Positions 11,364 to 24,532 of a stretch of DNA of 64,000 bases are shown piece by piece (positions within the stretch are counted from its first letter, which is position 1; every line of letters starts with the position of its first letter). This DNA is from Octopus sinensis (taxonomy: Eukaryota), in contig NC_043011.1 in the NCBI RefSeq assembly GCF_006345805.1, positions 15,450,464 through 15,514,463 of the forward strand. The letters run 5' to 3'. A program made the position numbers and the translations under genes. The notes below the pieces were generated by a model that worked only from the letters and a program-made list of their open reading frames with translations, made no database searches and was not told the DNA's origin.

Positions 11364-14300
11364 TATATATATATATGCTGTGTGGTGTATGTGTGTTTAT
11401 ATGTGCATATGTATGTAAGCAAATATTAAGTCACCTTATTTACTTTCCCGACTCAAGACAACTAAATAAAATTAATTTTGTTTTATTTCCCTTTTCGTCA
11501 CTTACACTTTTACCTCTTCTTTCAGTGACTTGTTAATTTTCTTTTTATTTGACTAAATACACAGCTATTTCAAGTTTATTTCTCTTAGACATGAATGCAC
11601 AATTGATTACGCTCTTTCCAATCGAATTGGTTGTGCTACGTGATTTTTAATTCGTCACACTAACATTCCAATTTCAAGACAGGCAACGTTAAGAAATAAA
11701 AGATTTAGGCTAAATTTTCTTTTGGAGTTTTGTATTTTCTCCCTCACCGCGTTATTGCTTTTTTATTGCACCACTTTATTGCATCTTATTGGGAATGATG
11801 AATTTGTTTTTTTCATTTTACTGAAAAAGCAAATATATTCTCTACGAAGTACTTTCAAGCAGTCCATACCTTACGCCACCCCTCATAACTAGCAATATCC
11901 AGCATATAAATATTTTATTCATACTTTTTAATGAAAGACCTCTGGCGATGAGTGCATATAGCGATTTATACAGACTTGACATGTTGGAAGTCTAAATCTG
12001 CACATAAGACGGCGGAGAATTATCTTAAAACCGTTTTCTATGTTCTTGGCAATTAAAATTAATTAAATAGAATTGTTGAATACAGAAATCACTACTCACA
12101 GAAAGTAGCGAATATAAAAACGTAAACATGAAATGTAAAAACATGGACTAGCGAAAGGCGTCTCGACGTATGTGTTGCTGGAAAGTGCAAACTCTACCGG
12201 ATGATAAAAATTCCCTGACGAAATCTGAGAGCAGAACTTGACAGATACACGATTAATATTGCTGTTAGTTCTGAGACACTATTTTCCGGATAAGCCAACC
12301 AAATGGAATGGGTTGTGGTCACATTTTTTGTGGGGTACTGGAAGATGATAGATGACAGAAGAAAGGGTAGCATTACTTTTGCAATGATTAAGAACCTAAC
12401 TGATACCTTCTGATGTGACTGCTCGAAACAATAAGCAACATTTTCAGTGTCCTGTGAGGGTGAAGTGATTATGACGTTATTTTCTGCGTATGCACAAACT
12501 TTTCATTCAACCGAATAGACCTAATGATTTTCTGAGAAATGACATCCTTTCTATATCGGCCGTAAATAAATCAATCTATTTGAGATTTTATTATAAGAAT
12601 AGGATGAAGCAATAGTATTCGATCTGGTCTGGGACGCTTTGGCCAAGGCGAAATGAAAAACATTGTCATGTACATACTGCAGCTACATTCCAAACCTCAA
12701 ACAAAAACTCTGGGCAAAATACAACCAATGTCTAGGACTTCATGCCACGCAAAGAAATACAGTGTTTTAATAAAATGACTTCAAAAATATAACTGAGCTT
12801 CGAGGTATCAAACATAAACTGCACCAGAAACTGCTCTACTCTGATATACCGGAAACAAGCACACACATGCACACTCCAGTAAGTGAAATCATCTTATTTT
12901 AGTAATACAATTAGTCATATTTTATTTGTAAGTACTTGTTCAAACAGTATTAGTTGTTGCTGAGGTTATTGTTATATAAAAGCTATTGCTTCTGCTCGAA
13001 TATTTTTAGCAAATTGAACAACAATTGATTTAAATAAAATACATTAAAAAATGGATTGTATCTATCTCTTGCGAATATGAATTTATGAATAACAACTACC
13101 AAACTATGTTTGTATATGTATGTTGTATACGCCTTATACATTCCATCTCTGGAAGTTATCGTGTGTTAGTGGTCAGCCTATACGCAATGGAGTTTTAGAT
13201 TTTACGATTCTTTGATAAGTATAGCTACAAACGAACTCGATCATTGTTTTGAATGGGATTTATCTTATTTTGTTTCAGTGAATTGCTGTGACTGAAAACT
13301 TTGTCCTGATTTTATATTGTTAACTAGCTTAAAATCGATAATATTTTCACTTAAAATAGAGCATGTAAATAGAGAAAAAGAAAACGAAAAATCAGCAGAG
13401 AGACATTATTTATCTCTAAGTATTCGTTCGTCTGAAAACAGAAATCTAATAACATCATTGATGATAGAAAAAAAGTAGAGTAAAATGAGAGAGAAAAAAA
13501 TTGTTAGCTTGTTGGATAGGTATAAACATTCAAAAGAGTCGACATTAAAATTAATAGATGATCTGGGAGACATATTATTTTCGGTGATATTACTAAGAAA
13601 CATCTACTGTGGTCGAGGTAGAAGAATACTAAAAATTGCGAGAAAATAGTAAAAAACAATTTGAAAGTAAAGACGACAAATAAATAACTGCAGCTAATAG
13701 ATTTTCTATTTTATACATTTTTCTTCTTTTGTAAAAATATCGTTTCGTCAATGCATATAAAAATACCTTTCTCATACGTTGTTTTGTGTCTATTTTTAAG
13801 CCAAGGAGTTATATACTACCACTGAACAGAAAATTTTTATTGGGAATTAAAAGGAATAACGAACATGTGGAATATGGAGAATGTGTATGTCAACATACAA
13901 TAAGATTAGTTAATTAAAATTGGAATGCAGAAATTGAATTACGGTTCATTGTTATTTTTGTTAAGTGCAAAATCAGAAGTCATTGAGCAATAAAAAAACA
14001 ACTCGTCTTTGCTTCAGCTATTACAATATCTAGACCTAGGGTATTTAATTTTTAGACACATATGGTACAATATAAAGGTTATTTAATTTTCATTTCTAAT
14101 AAGTCGAGCTATCTCCCAGAGGCCTCCAAGTAGTTCAGATGGCAGTAAGAATTTTGAAATATATCTGCAAAATCTTAATATTTCTGAAGCTTTGTTTCCA
14201 ACTCGAAACAGCATAAATATTTTGTTGCTTAAAAAGAGGATAACATGCAGGTTCCATCAACTACCGCGAACTTCAAATAAGGACATAGTCGAGAATTGAC

Positions 14301-14748
14301 AATTGAATTTGAAATAACACAGACATCACATATTTTTAATTCCCCTCCACAGTTATTTTTTGAATGGACGTAATTATCAAAATAAATACATTATATGTAT
14401 TTTAACGTACATACACACATGTACACAAACACATAAACATGATGTGAAGTTATAGTCTCTCACAATTCTTGTATCTCGTATATTTCATCTTCACCAATCA
14501 TCTCCTCTACATTTTAAGAAATATTTGCATTATCAACCCCACCTGTTATTTATTCTCAATTAACTAGCACTCGCTACGATATTTTCACTATATGTAGCCT
14601 CCCTTGTTCTTTGCTTCAGAACGCTTTGACGGTCGTCAATGGGAAAATCAGAATGTCTTCCAAGAAGATACACACACACACACACACATACACACACACA
14701 TATATATATATATATGCACACACACACACATATATATGTATATATATG

Positions 14749-14790
<42 letters not shown>

Positions 14791-15182
14791 CATATATATA
14801 TGTGTGCGTGTGTGTATGTATGTATATATCTATCTCTCTCTCTCTATATATATATGTGTGTGTGTGGGTATGTGTGTCCTTTTAACTGTTTATGCAAGAG
14901 CTAAGTATTATGTCTATCTTATATTTTGCTTTATGTAGCAGACACAATAATTGTTATTAAACAGCATTGGGCAACCTGATATTGAGGTGCTGCAACGGTA
15001 TATTCTAAAATTTCATTGTTTGTAGCTTTGACAGATATGTGAGAACACATTTCAAGTATTTTCTAGCATGCTCGCATAGCAAGTAATAGAGAAAGTGGCT
15101 TCGATTCCATTCTACCTCAGACTTTTCTTTATATTTAAATCAAAATCTACATAGCTTACCTCAATGCTAACGCTTACAGAGA

Positions 15183-15253
<71 letters not shown>

Positions 15254-15612
15254 CGCACAAACATACATAGAACCATTTGTATCTCTAATTTATGACTGCG
15301 TACTATAGTTGGGATTATCTTATAAATTGACAACATTTTCCTTGCATTCCTGCATTAACATGAATTTATACATTTCAGGCTTACACATACCTTTACACAC
15401 AAACTCGCTCACAGACGCATACGCGCGTGCATAAATATGCATTTGCATACATACATATATATATATATGTGGTGTGTGTGCGTGTGTATATCTTTATATA
15501 TGTATGTCTATGTGCGTGTGTTTGTGTGTGTGTATATATATATGTATATGTATATGTATATATATATATATGCATGTTATATAATATATATATTATATAT
15601 ATATATATATAT

Positions 15613-15844
15613 ACCGGAGTAAACACATAATGTGAAACAAGGTGGAAAAAAGAGTACTCAAATACCAGTGGTAGAGTAATATGCTTTATTAAAGCAGCAG
15701 AAAATTCAACAAAACCTGTTACTCTGGGTTTCCCGTTGCCGTTCATCGGACGGTTTTTGCTAGAAAAAACTGTCCGATGAACGGCAACAGGAAACTCAGA
15801 GTAACAAGTTTTGTTGAATTTGCTGCTGCTTTAAATAAAGTATA
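15613..15844 (-). mobile_element. PLE-type terminus with inverted partial duplication (about 80-bp imperfect inverted repeat arms)
   Basis: 15679-15758 is the reverse complement of 15764-15844 with a few mismatches, centred on CTAG (15760-15763). The left unit extends to 15613 next to (TA)n. Confidence 0.75.
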
Positions 15845-15929
15845 ATATATAATATATATATATATAAATTAAATTAGAGATAAAACCACGATTAGGCAAC
15901 TCAAACAGTGATAGACATAAACCAAAACA

Positions 15930-15963
<34 letters not shown>

Positions 15964-16782
15964 ATGTATATGCAAATGCATATGTATGCGCGCGCGTATG
16001 CGTCTGTGAGTGAGTTTGTGTGTAAAGGTACGAGTAAGCCTGAAATGCATAAATTCATATATATATACATGCATATGTGCCTATGTGTGTCTGTGTGTGT
16101 GTGTAAGCTTCACTGTGCAATGTATATAATCAGGAATCTTATACTTACCTCATTTGGAATTATATCAAGATGGCGGAGCTGTAAAAGCTGTGGAGTAGTT
16201 GAAGTGGTTGACATCTGCAAATAGTTTCTATTGTTTCAATTCATCACTTTAAGTTTTCTACTGAAAATCATTTAGTTTTCTTTTTTTTTTTTCTAAAATA
16301 AGTACGATTTATATACTAAGAAGCTTCGGAAATCTGCTGTACTTCTCTACTGACAATGTTCGGAATTCATAAGTGCTCCCTATTATCTCTCATAAAACGG
16401 ATATAGTTGTGTGTATGATTTTTCAGTTAACGTTAGAATATTTAAGATTCTGTATAAAGGAATCACAATAGTAAAATTATAATTGTGATAATAGGAAAGA
16501 CTGAAATGCATAAGGATTATAAAATTCTTTAAGTAGATTAATTCCTCCTTCACTTCCTGCCTTCAAAGTAGGTCTGCTAATCACGGCACCTCTCGCTCTG
16601 TTAGTTCTGTTTCCTAAAATATTTGGCCAACATATCCTTTGTCATTATATTTTATATATTTATGCACGGTGTATATATTATAATTCCTGTTTCACTTAAA
16701 GTATGGCAATCAGAATCTGATACCTTATAAGGTGAATGGATAAATAGGAAGATTTTTTTATTGTCAATAGTCTGCTATCTAA

Positions 16783-16990
16783 GGTGGCTTGCTGGCTGAG
16801 TAGTTAGCACATCGGGTAAAATGCCTAGCAGTATTTAGTCCGTCTTTACGTTCTGAGGTCAAATGTTGCCGGTATCGACTTTGCCTTTCATCCTTTCGAG
16901 GTCGTAAAAAATTACTACCAGTTGTGCACTGGAGTCGATTTATTCAATTTAGTTTCTCTTTCGAAATTGTGCCAAACTGGGAAACCAATA
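16783..16990 (+). mobile_element. SINE family A, old diverged copy
   Basis: GTTAGCACATCGGGTAAAATGC...ACGTTCTGAG...GACTTTGCCTTTCATCCTTTCG matches the family A body. Confidence 0.75.
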
Positions 16991-18362
16991 TTCCGTGATT
17001 TATTATGGTTTCAGTTGCAAATGCTTTCGAATTGCAACTAGCTAAAAGCTGTTACGTCTATAGAATTATTATGCAAATTATTTGAACAATTACCTCAATA
17101 TGTGAAGTCAAATATCATTATATTCAGTAGACATCGGTTAACGATATGTAGAAATAGATAAATAGCATGTGCATTGAAATGCATTTAATATTCAACATCA
17201 AAATATATATACCTACATTTAAATTTCAGATACGAATAAATCTATGCAGTTTTCTTTCATATAGATGTAATTCTTGCCTATGTAATTTATAATGTTTGTG
17301 ATTTCAATATTTATTTATAATATGCAAAACTTGCATATTATGTGTGTTATATCGAGTGAACTCTTTTGAAACATCATCTAACCCCCAAAATCCCATAATT
17401 GAAACGAAAAGAGCTTCAATATATACACTTTTTTGTTTTGTTTATGGTGACAGTATGGCTTACTCTATTTTGAATAATGTGTCCACCTCTCTATCATTTC
17501 AAAGTTGTCATGTTTCGAAAATAGTAGAAAGTAAAAATATTGTTATCAGCTATTTTTTAGTTATGTGGATAATTACCATCCGCTATACTATTCGATTGGT
17601 GTTATTAATATGCCATCAGTATATTAATGATATAACATTAAGTATATTCCTAATATGTCACCACTACATTGTTAGTCAAACATTTAGTACATTAATACAA
17701 CTTCAGTCCATTAGGGATAATCCATTAGTATGTTACTTATTTGCCATTTAATATAAAGTAATATAACATTTAGTTCAATAATAATATACCGTAATAGACT
17801 ACATGCCTTTTATTCAAGTAAGCTTCTAAATTAATTCTTATGTATTAATGATTGGTATCTGCATTTGGATCAGTTTAAATATGCTCGTCTATATGTTCCT
17901 CTTGTGGTTTGTTGTATTCTGGCTTCAAATTGGCTATAGTTGAAAGGCAAACCAAAAGAAGGTCTTTCAGCTACAACAATTAATCTTTTATGGGATATGA
18001 TTTATCCAAAGCTGCCTTTAATTCTTTAAGGGAATGTTGCTTTTAGTTTTAACAGGTTTAGTAAATTCAGAGAAGATCCTTCGCTCCTTGGTTGTGTCGC
18101 ATATGCAAATATATTGTAATATAATCTGAATATTGTTCTGAAATATAGATTGTAATCTTTCAAATCTCATCTTGAAATAATGAACATGATATTTATGCAT
18201 TTTGCATTCTATATTCAAACACTCATATGATTCTATATATTTTCTTTCATAGAATTGTTGGGGCGTTACTGCGGGGACCGCACCAAGCGAAATATGGAGA
18301 AATCAAATGAATCTCAAGCTTTCAAAGATAAAAGAAATTAAAACTAAGTCTCACCTGTTATA

Positions 18363-18736
18363 AGACTGTGACCATGCTGGGGCAACGCCTTGAGGAATTC
18401 TAGTCGAACTAATCGACCCCAGTAGTTATTTTCTTTTAAAGTCTGCTCTCTTTTGCTGAACATCTAGGTTAATGAGGACGTAAACATAACAACACCGGTT
18501 GTCAAGCGGTGGTAGGGAACAAACACACACACAAAGACGCACACAACACGCGCGCACACACACACACACGCACATATACCTGACGGGCTTCTTTCAGTTT
18601 CCCTCTACCAAATCCACTCACAAGGCTTTGGTCGGCCCGAAGCTATAGTAGAAGCCTATTGAACAAGGTGTCACGCAGTGGAACCGAATCCGGAACCATA
18701 TGGCTAGGAAGCAAACTTTTTACTGCACAGCCATGC
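18363..18736 (-). mobile_element. SINE family B
   Basis: Reverse complement of the family B body (GACGGGCTTCTTTCAGTTTCC..CTACCAAATCCACTCACAAGGCTTTGGTCGGCCCG), with central (CA)n and tail. Confidence 0.85.
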
Positions 18737-21085
18737 ATTTTAAAAACACAAACAATGATTGTTACTTATTTACTATCAAAGCTGCAGTTGTTCATTTCTT
18801 GTCGGTTCAGCCCTGACAAGACGGACGTAAGAGCAAATATTTTCCACTTACGAACACCTCTCATATTTGTATAAAAATAAAGCGAAAACTACATTTATCG
18901 TATTTATCGTATTTGTTCTTATATTTTTAAGAGGACAAGTTTTAGTCTGAGGAACATTTTGGCTGGTATCTTCAGTAGGTTAAGCGACCGCTATGAAGCG
19001 ACTTTCATTACATGTAAATCCTTTATTGGTGTGGATGTTGTTATCGTTGTTTTACATCATGCCAGGCTCACCCAACTGTCTTACGATCAATGGCGTTCAG
19101 GTGCTGATTCTTTTCTTTCAGATATGTCAAATTTCAAACTACATTAGCAAACCTGTTCTTATAACTTAAAGATACATAAATGTAATTTGAGGGACCGCAT
19201 AGTGTCTTTTGAAATGCTGGAACGTTCAATGAAATATCTGAAAGTATTTAAATTCATCCATGAACGTTTTCTGATTTTAATTCAAATATTGCTAGTAACG
19301 ATTCTTGTTTTGCTTCACCTAAGTCGATGAGACAAGAATTCATCACTTACAGAAATGTAGTATAATAAATTGCATCTTCTTCCGACACATTGCGCGTCCT
19401 TGTAGTAATGTAAGATCTTATTTTCTTATGCCGTAAATAATTAAATATATAATTATCTTCTATGATTTCCTCGTTTCAGTTATACTCTCATGAAAGTAAG
19501 AAAAATAAATTTATTGATGCATGTAAAGGCGAATGGTTTACTGAAGCGTGTAATAGCGTAAATAATTGTGAGACTTGTCGGTCCCTTGACGAGCAGTGCA
19601 TATATTCGCCCATTCATCATATTTGTAACTTTTGAAGGGTTCTTATATAACGTTCCTTCTCTCTCCAATTTCTATCCATGCGTTTATTAATCCATACATT
19701 TAAGCTGATCGAAACCCACAAGTACGTGACATAGATATATTCCAAGCTTAGGTGTCAACAATTGTCTTTCTCAACTCATCCGGTATTCAGGATATCCATC
19801 CTCTCAATATCATATCGCCACTGACTAATACAATTCCTTTTGAAATTGTCTCTTACTCCCTCTTTCTTTCTTTTTCGCACCTAATCTTACGCATAAACAC
19901 TCTGTGTATAATTTCCTACCTTTCTCCTTTTCTCTTATACACATAAACTCCATCTCTGTCTTCATTTCTATTAATTCTCATTAATACACACGCGTGCCAT
20001 CATTTCCAATTCTCTTCCGTTTTGTTTTTCTCCCACTGTGAGCTACAGGTAAAAACAGTTACAATTTTTATTCTACTGTCTCTTTTTCTCACATTTATCC
20101 TCACTTACTAATGCACACACACACACGCATACATACACACACACGCACACAAACACACACATGTACACAGAAACATGGTCACACTCAAACAAGCACGAAT
20201 GGTTTCTCAATGCCTCTCTCTCACACACACATAGATATGAAAATACACACCTACACTCATATCTATAAGTAGATATCTTGATGACTATACCAAGCTAACG
20301 TTCAATGAAACAAGATTACTGAGTAAATTTCGTTTCAAACTTTGTATGCAGCATCTCTCTTACCTTCCCTACCCCTACACACACTCTCTCGCTACAATAA
20401 ATTCGGACATACTCATACACACACTCACGTATGTGTCCCCGGTTCTCTTTCAGATCATGATGCAACCAGCTGCATATGACATCATTTTAACATGGGCATG
20501 TGCCCTTTATTATGTAGCCTCGTGTCGAACGAAACCTATGAGTGAAATCGGATGGAAAGACTATCGGCAATATATACCGGATGGGTTGTAGGTTCGTAGG
20601 ACTTTCCGACAAGGTTGCCTGTCCACCAAACATGCACCTTCCGTAACTGTGCCTAAATGCTTGGCAGTTCAGTTCGAGAGAAGACCCAATCCTACCTATC
20701 GTATACTTGTGAAAGTTTATATACCCTTTGAATTACCTAAGAGGTAAATGGCAATAACGTTCCGACTGTTGAAGAACCATCGTTAAATCTCTCTCATTTT
20801 CTCAACTATGTTTCCCGAGAGAAAATACTTTTTAAATTACAGAAAACTTCCACCGATTGAAATAAAAACGATCGAAGCCAACAAAGTTTGATCACTCATA
20901 AAACCATTACATGTAAACCGCAAGCTAACTGGTTAAAATAAAAGCGGGATCTATGACAGTAATATCGGTGCGCCCGATAAACCGTGACGTGTAAGCTACT
21001 TACTGATTGGTCAAAGCCATATTCGAAAAATTCAGTTTGTCAGAACCTGCTAAGGAAGAAGAATATATATATATATATATTATAT

Positions 21086-21236
21086 GCTACGGGCTTCTTT
21101 CATTTTTCGCCAGCCAAATCCAATCACAAGACTTTGGTCAACCCGAGATTTTAGTAGAAGATTATTGCCAAAGGTGCTACGCAGTCAAACTAAAATCAGA
21201 ACCATGCGAAAGCTTCATACCACATAGCTACACCTT
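21086..21236 (-). mobile_element. SINE family B, diverged 5' half
   Basis: CGGGCTTCTTTCA...CCAAATCCAATCACAAGACTTTGGTCAACCCGAG matches the family B reverse complement. Confidence 0.7.
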
Positions 21237-22121
21237 GTGAAATTCATATTCATCTAATTTTCTTTTGATATATTTATTTACTCATTTAGGTTGTGATAAT
21301 CTCTCTTTACCCCAGTATAATATCTAGAAAATTAGCCCTTAGATTGAATTTGAATTGTATATAATTTGTACCACGTTTTGGTCCATGTTAAACTAATTTC
21401 TTAGATGTGTATGGAATCTTCTGTATTTACAGCATATTTGTCTTATATTACTTTATACACCCCCGGTATAATCGACTTGGTAGTAACGTGATTACATGAA
21501 TTAATTATGTTTTAATTAGAAATCTTCATTCGATCATTTGCTTCATGAGAATCAATTATAAACAAGGAACATGCATCGCTTGCATTCATATTTAATCATA
21601 TTCACACGCGAGCACACATGCCCGAATGATTTTATACACACGCTCACAACGAAGCACACACCAACATAGGCATATTGCATCCAAGTGTCAATCACCTTCT
21701 GGTCATTCGAATATTCCTAAACAGAAGTAGAATCACTTTCAAAACACCCTGGCTTCTAACTTTAATAAAATGTTTCCATGCAGTTTTGGTATTAACATTT
21801 TGGCGCGACCGGAAGTAAACAAAGCCAAATAGCACTGACTATGCATATATATATATATGTATGTATACATATACATATACATATATATATATATATATAT
21901 ATACATATACATCTATATATACATATATACTTATATATATATATATGTGTGTGTATATATATATATATACACACACATATATATATATACATACATAATG
22001 CAGATGTATATACACATATGTACATGCATATCTATGTATATATGTGTATATATGTATATACATGCATACATATATGTATATAATGTGTTTCTATATATAC
22101 ACAACATACGTATATATACAT

Positions 22122-22184
<63 letters not shown>

Positions 22185-22498
22185 TGCATGCATGTATATA
22201 TGTAAGATAAATATGAGATAATAGATTCGCTGTAATAGTTTGATTTCATTATTTTCCTTCTTTTTTGAGATATGAGTTACAAATATTGTCTGTGGAGACA
22301 TTTTTGTAGAAAAAAGGAAATAGTAATCTTTTGGCTGCTATTTCTAAAATTTTCGGTATGTGGTCAAGCAACTTGTTGCTAAACCCTTATTGTTATATTT
22401 ATATATAAAAAAAAACGTTTTGTATAAGTTTTTACCGAATATGGTCCTTTTCCATACCAAAAAACTTACCTATACCTGTAATGCTATATATATATATA

Positions 22499-22876
22499 TG
22501 CCCTTACCTCTCCAAAACCACCCGCCTCACTAGCACCCACCATCGACCCTATCCCATCATCCACTCCTTCACCTGCACCTCCAGCAATATTATCTATTGC
22601 ATCTCTTGCTCTCTCTGCAATTCCTTGTACATCGGACAAACGGGACGCCGCTTGGTTGACCGGTTCGCGGAACACCTTCGTGACATCCACCTTGCGAACG
22701 ACACACCGGTCTCACGCCATTTCCGCTCCACCGGTCACTCCTTGCAACACCTATCTGTCTTCGGTTTGTCCTTACACAGAGGCCATCCGGATTCCCGTTT
22801 GCGCCGTGAACAGGAATTAATCTTCTCTCTTCGCTCTTATACGCCATTTGGTCTCAACTCTCCCCCTCCTCATTAA
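22499..22876 (+). pseudogene. GIY-YIG endonuclease domain of a Penelope-like element, uninterrupted C-terminal ~125 codons
   Basis: FTCTSSNIIYCISCSLCNSLYIGQTGRRLVDRFAEHLRDI...VSRHF...GHS...RLRREQELIFSLRSYTPFGLN. It has the IIY/YIGQT motifs, the catalytic R and E, and the terminal P.GLN typical of PLE endonucleases. The listed ATG is microsatellite-derived. Confidence 0.9.
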
Positions 22877-23182
22877 ACCCCCCTCCCCCCTCCTCATCTA
22901 ACCCCCTCTCCCTCCTCCTCACCTATCCTTTCTCCCCCCGACCCCTACTTCTTCAGTCCTTCATCCTTTCACCCCTACTCCCCTTCCCGTCTTCCCTCTT
23001 TCTCCCTCCCTCATCCCCTTCCCTCTGCTCCCTCACTCCCTCTCTCCCCCTCTCCCTCTTTCCTCCTTCATCCCCCTCCTCCCCTTCCTTCTCCCCATCC
23101 TCTCCTCTTCCCCCTTCTCCTCCCCCTCCTCTCCCCTCCCCCTTCTCTCCCCTTCTTCTCACCCTCCCCCTCTTCTCCTCAC
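22877..23182. repeat. C/T-rich low-complexity tract (G-rich on minus strand)
   Basis: Runs of CCCT/CCCCT/CTCC; explains the G/E/R-rich ORF 22953..23243. Confidence 0.85.
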
Positions 23183-23224
23183 TACACCACATGACTTTAC
23201 ACATCACATCACATATGAGGTGCC

Positions 23225-23469
23225 ATACTAATACACACACCAACTAATACATACTAATACGTACTAATACATACTAGTACATACTAATACTTACACCAAC
23301 CCTATACATACACACGTCCAGACCCCGCATACGCACTTATACTCTCTCACACACACACACACACACCTATACATACCAATACGTACTAATACATACTAAT
23401 ACATACTAATACATACACCAACCCCATACATACGCACGTCCAGACCAATCTTACGCACTAATACTCTCT

Positions 23470-23516
<47 letters not shown>

Positions 23517-23578
23517 ATACATACTAATACATACACCAACCCTATACATACACACATCCAGACCCCTCCCACGCACTT
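23225..23578 (+). repeat. Minisatellite: (ACATACTAAT)n nested in three ~100-bp higher-order units
   Basis: A unit containing ACCAACCCTATACATACACACGTCCAGACC recurs at about 23295, 23417 and 23534. Confidence 0.8.
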
Positions 23579-23750
23579 TTAGCTGGTCCCTCAACCCTTT
23601 TATCAACCCTATTATCTCCCCTTATTTCGCTCTCGCGTCTCATGTTTGATCTTTGACCTCTGGCCGAAATCAGATCGCCATGTTGATTCGTTAGCTACTG
23701 CACGCATTTTTTTTTCTCTCCTTCTTTCTGTGTTTTTCTCTCTCTGTGTA

Positions 23751-23788
23751 TCTTTCTGTTGAAGAGCGTAGGCTCGAAACGTTAAAGA
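23751..23788 (+). ncRNA. Minimal hammerhead ribozyme motif, core-mutated copy
   Basis: TCTTT-CTGTTGA-A-GAGC(GTAG)GCTC-GAAA-CGT-T-AAAGA: perfect 5-bp stem I and 4-bp stem II, ACGU stem III. The core has T at the position of A6. Confidence 0.65.
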
Positions 23789-23950
23789 CTTGTTTTATTT
23801 ATATTTCCTGAGCGCCATACTAATACAATTGTTCGTTTGTTTTCCACCTGCCTTCGTCTTTTGTTTATTTTCATAAAGCTTCCCGTTATACATATATATA
23901 TATATACATATAGTCTATACATATACATCTATATATACATGTATACTTAT

Positions 23951-24009
<59 letters not shown>

Positions 24010-24065
24010 CACATACATACGTATATATGCATATATATATATACACACACACACACATATATATA

Positions 24066-24454
24066 GGCGCAGGTGTGGCTGTGTGGTAAGTAGCTTGCTT
24101 ACCAACCACATGGTTCCGGGCTCATTCCCACTGCGTGGCACCTTGGGCAAGTGTCTTCTACTTTATCCTCGCGCCGACCAAAGACCTTGTGAGTGGATTT
24201 GGTAGACGGAAACTGAAAGAAGCCCGTCGTATATATGTATATGTGTCTGTATGTTTGAGTGTCTGTGTTTGTCCCTCAAAATCGCTTGACAACCGATGCT
24301 GGTGTGTTTCCGTTCCAATAACTTAGCGGTTCGGCAAAAGAGACTTACAAAATAGGCTTACAAAGAATAAGTCCTGGGGTCGATTTGCTCGACTAAAGGC
24401 GGTGCTTGAGCATGGCCGCAGTCAAATGACTGAAACAAGTAAAGAGTAAAAGAG
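24066..24454 (+). mobile_element. SINE family B, full-length
   Basis: tRNA-like head GGCGCAGGTGTGGCTGTGTGGTAAG (A box) ... GGTTCCGGGCTCATTCCC (B-box-like); tail CAGCATGGCCGCAGTCAAATGACTGAAACAAGTAAAGAG-like. Confidence 0.9.

Positions 24455-24532
<78 letters not shown>

Larger units (their letters stand above)
22499..23890 (+). mobile_element. 5'-truncated Penelope-like element (GIY-YIG end, C/T-rich spacer, minisatellite, hammerhead-bearing terminus)
   Basis: GIY-YIG ORF end, then a pyrimidine-rich tract, ACATACTAAT repeats, and a terminus with a hammerhead motif at 23751-23788. Both ends abut (TA)n. Confidence 0.85.

Noticed and set aside
12410-12435. CTGATGTGACTGCTCGAAAC
   Set aside because: The core is wrong (GT rather than GA) and there are no flanking stems; chance match.
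17344-17751. 135-aa non-repeat ORF
   Set aside because: Non-ATG start, AT-rich codons, no domain and no splice context.
23225-23578. Repeat-spacer pattern as a CRISPR array
   Set aside because: The units are degenerate tandem minisatellites without unique spacers, in eukaryotic context with no cas genes.
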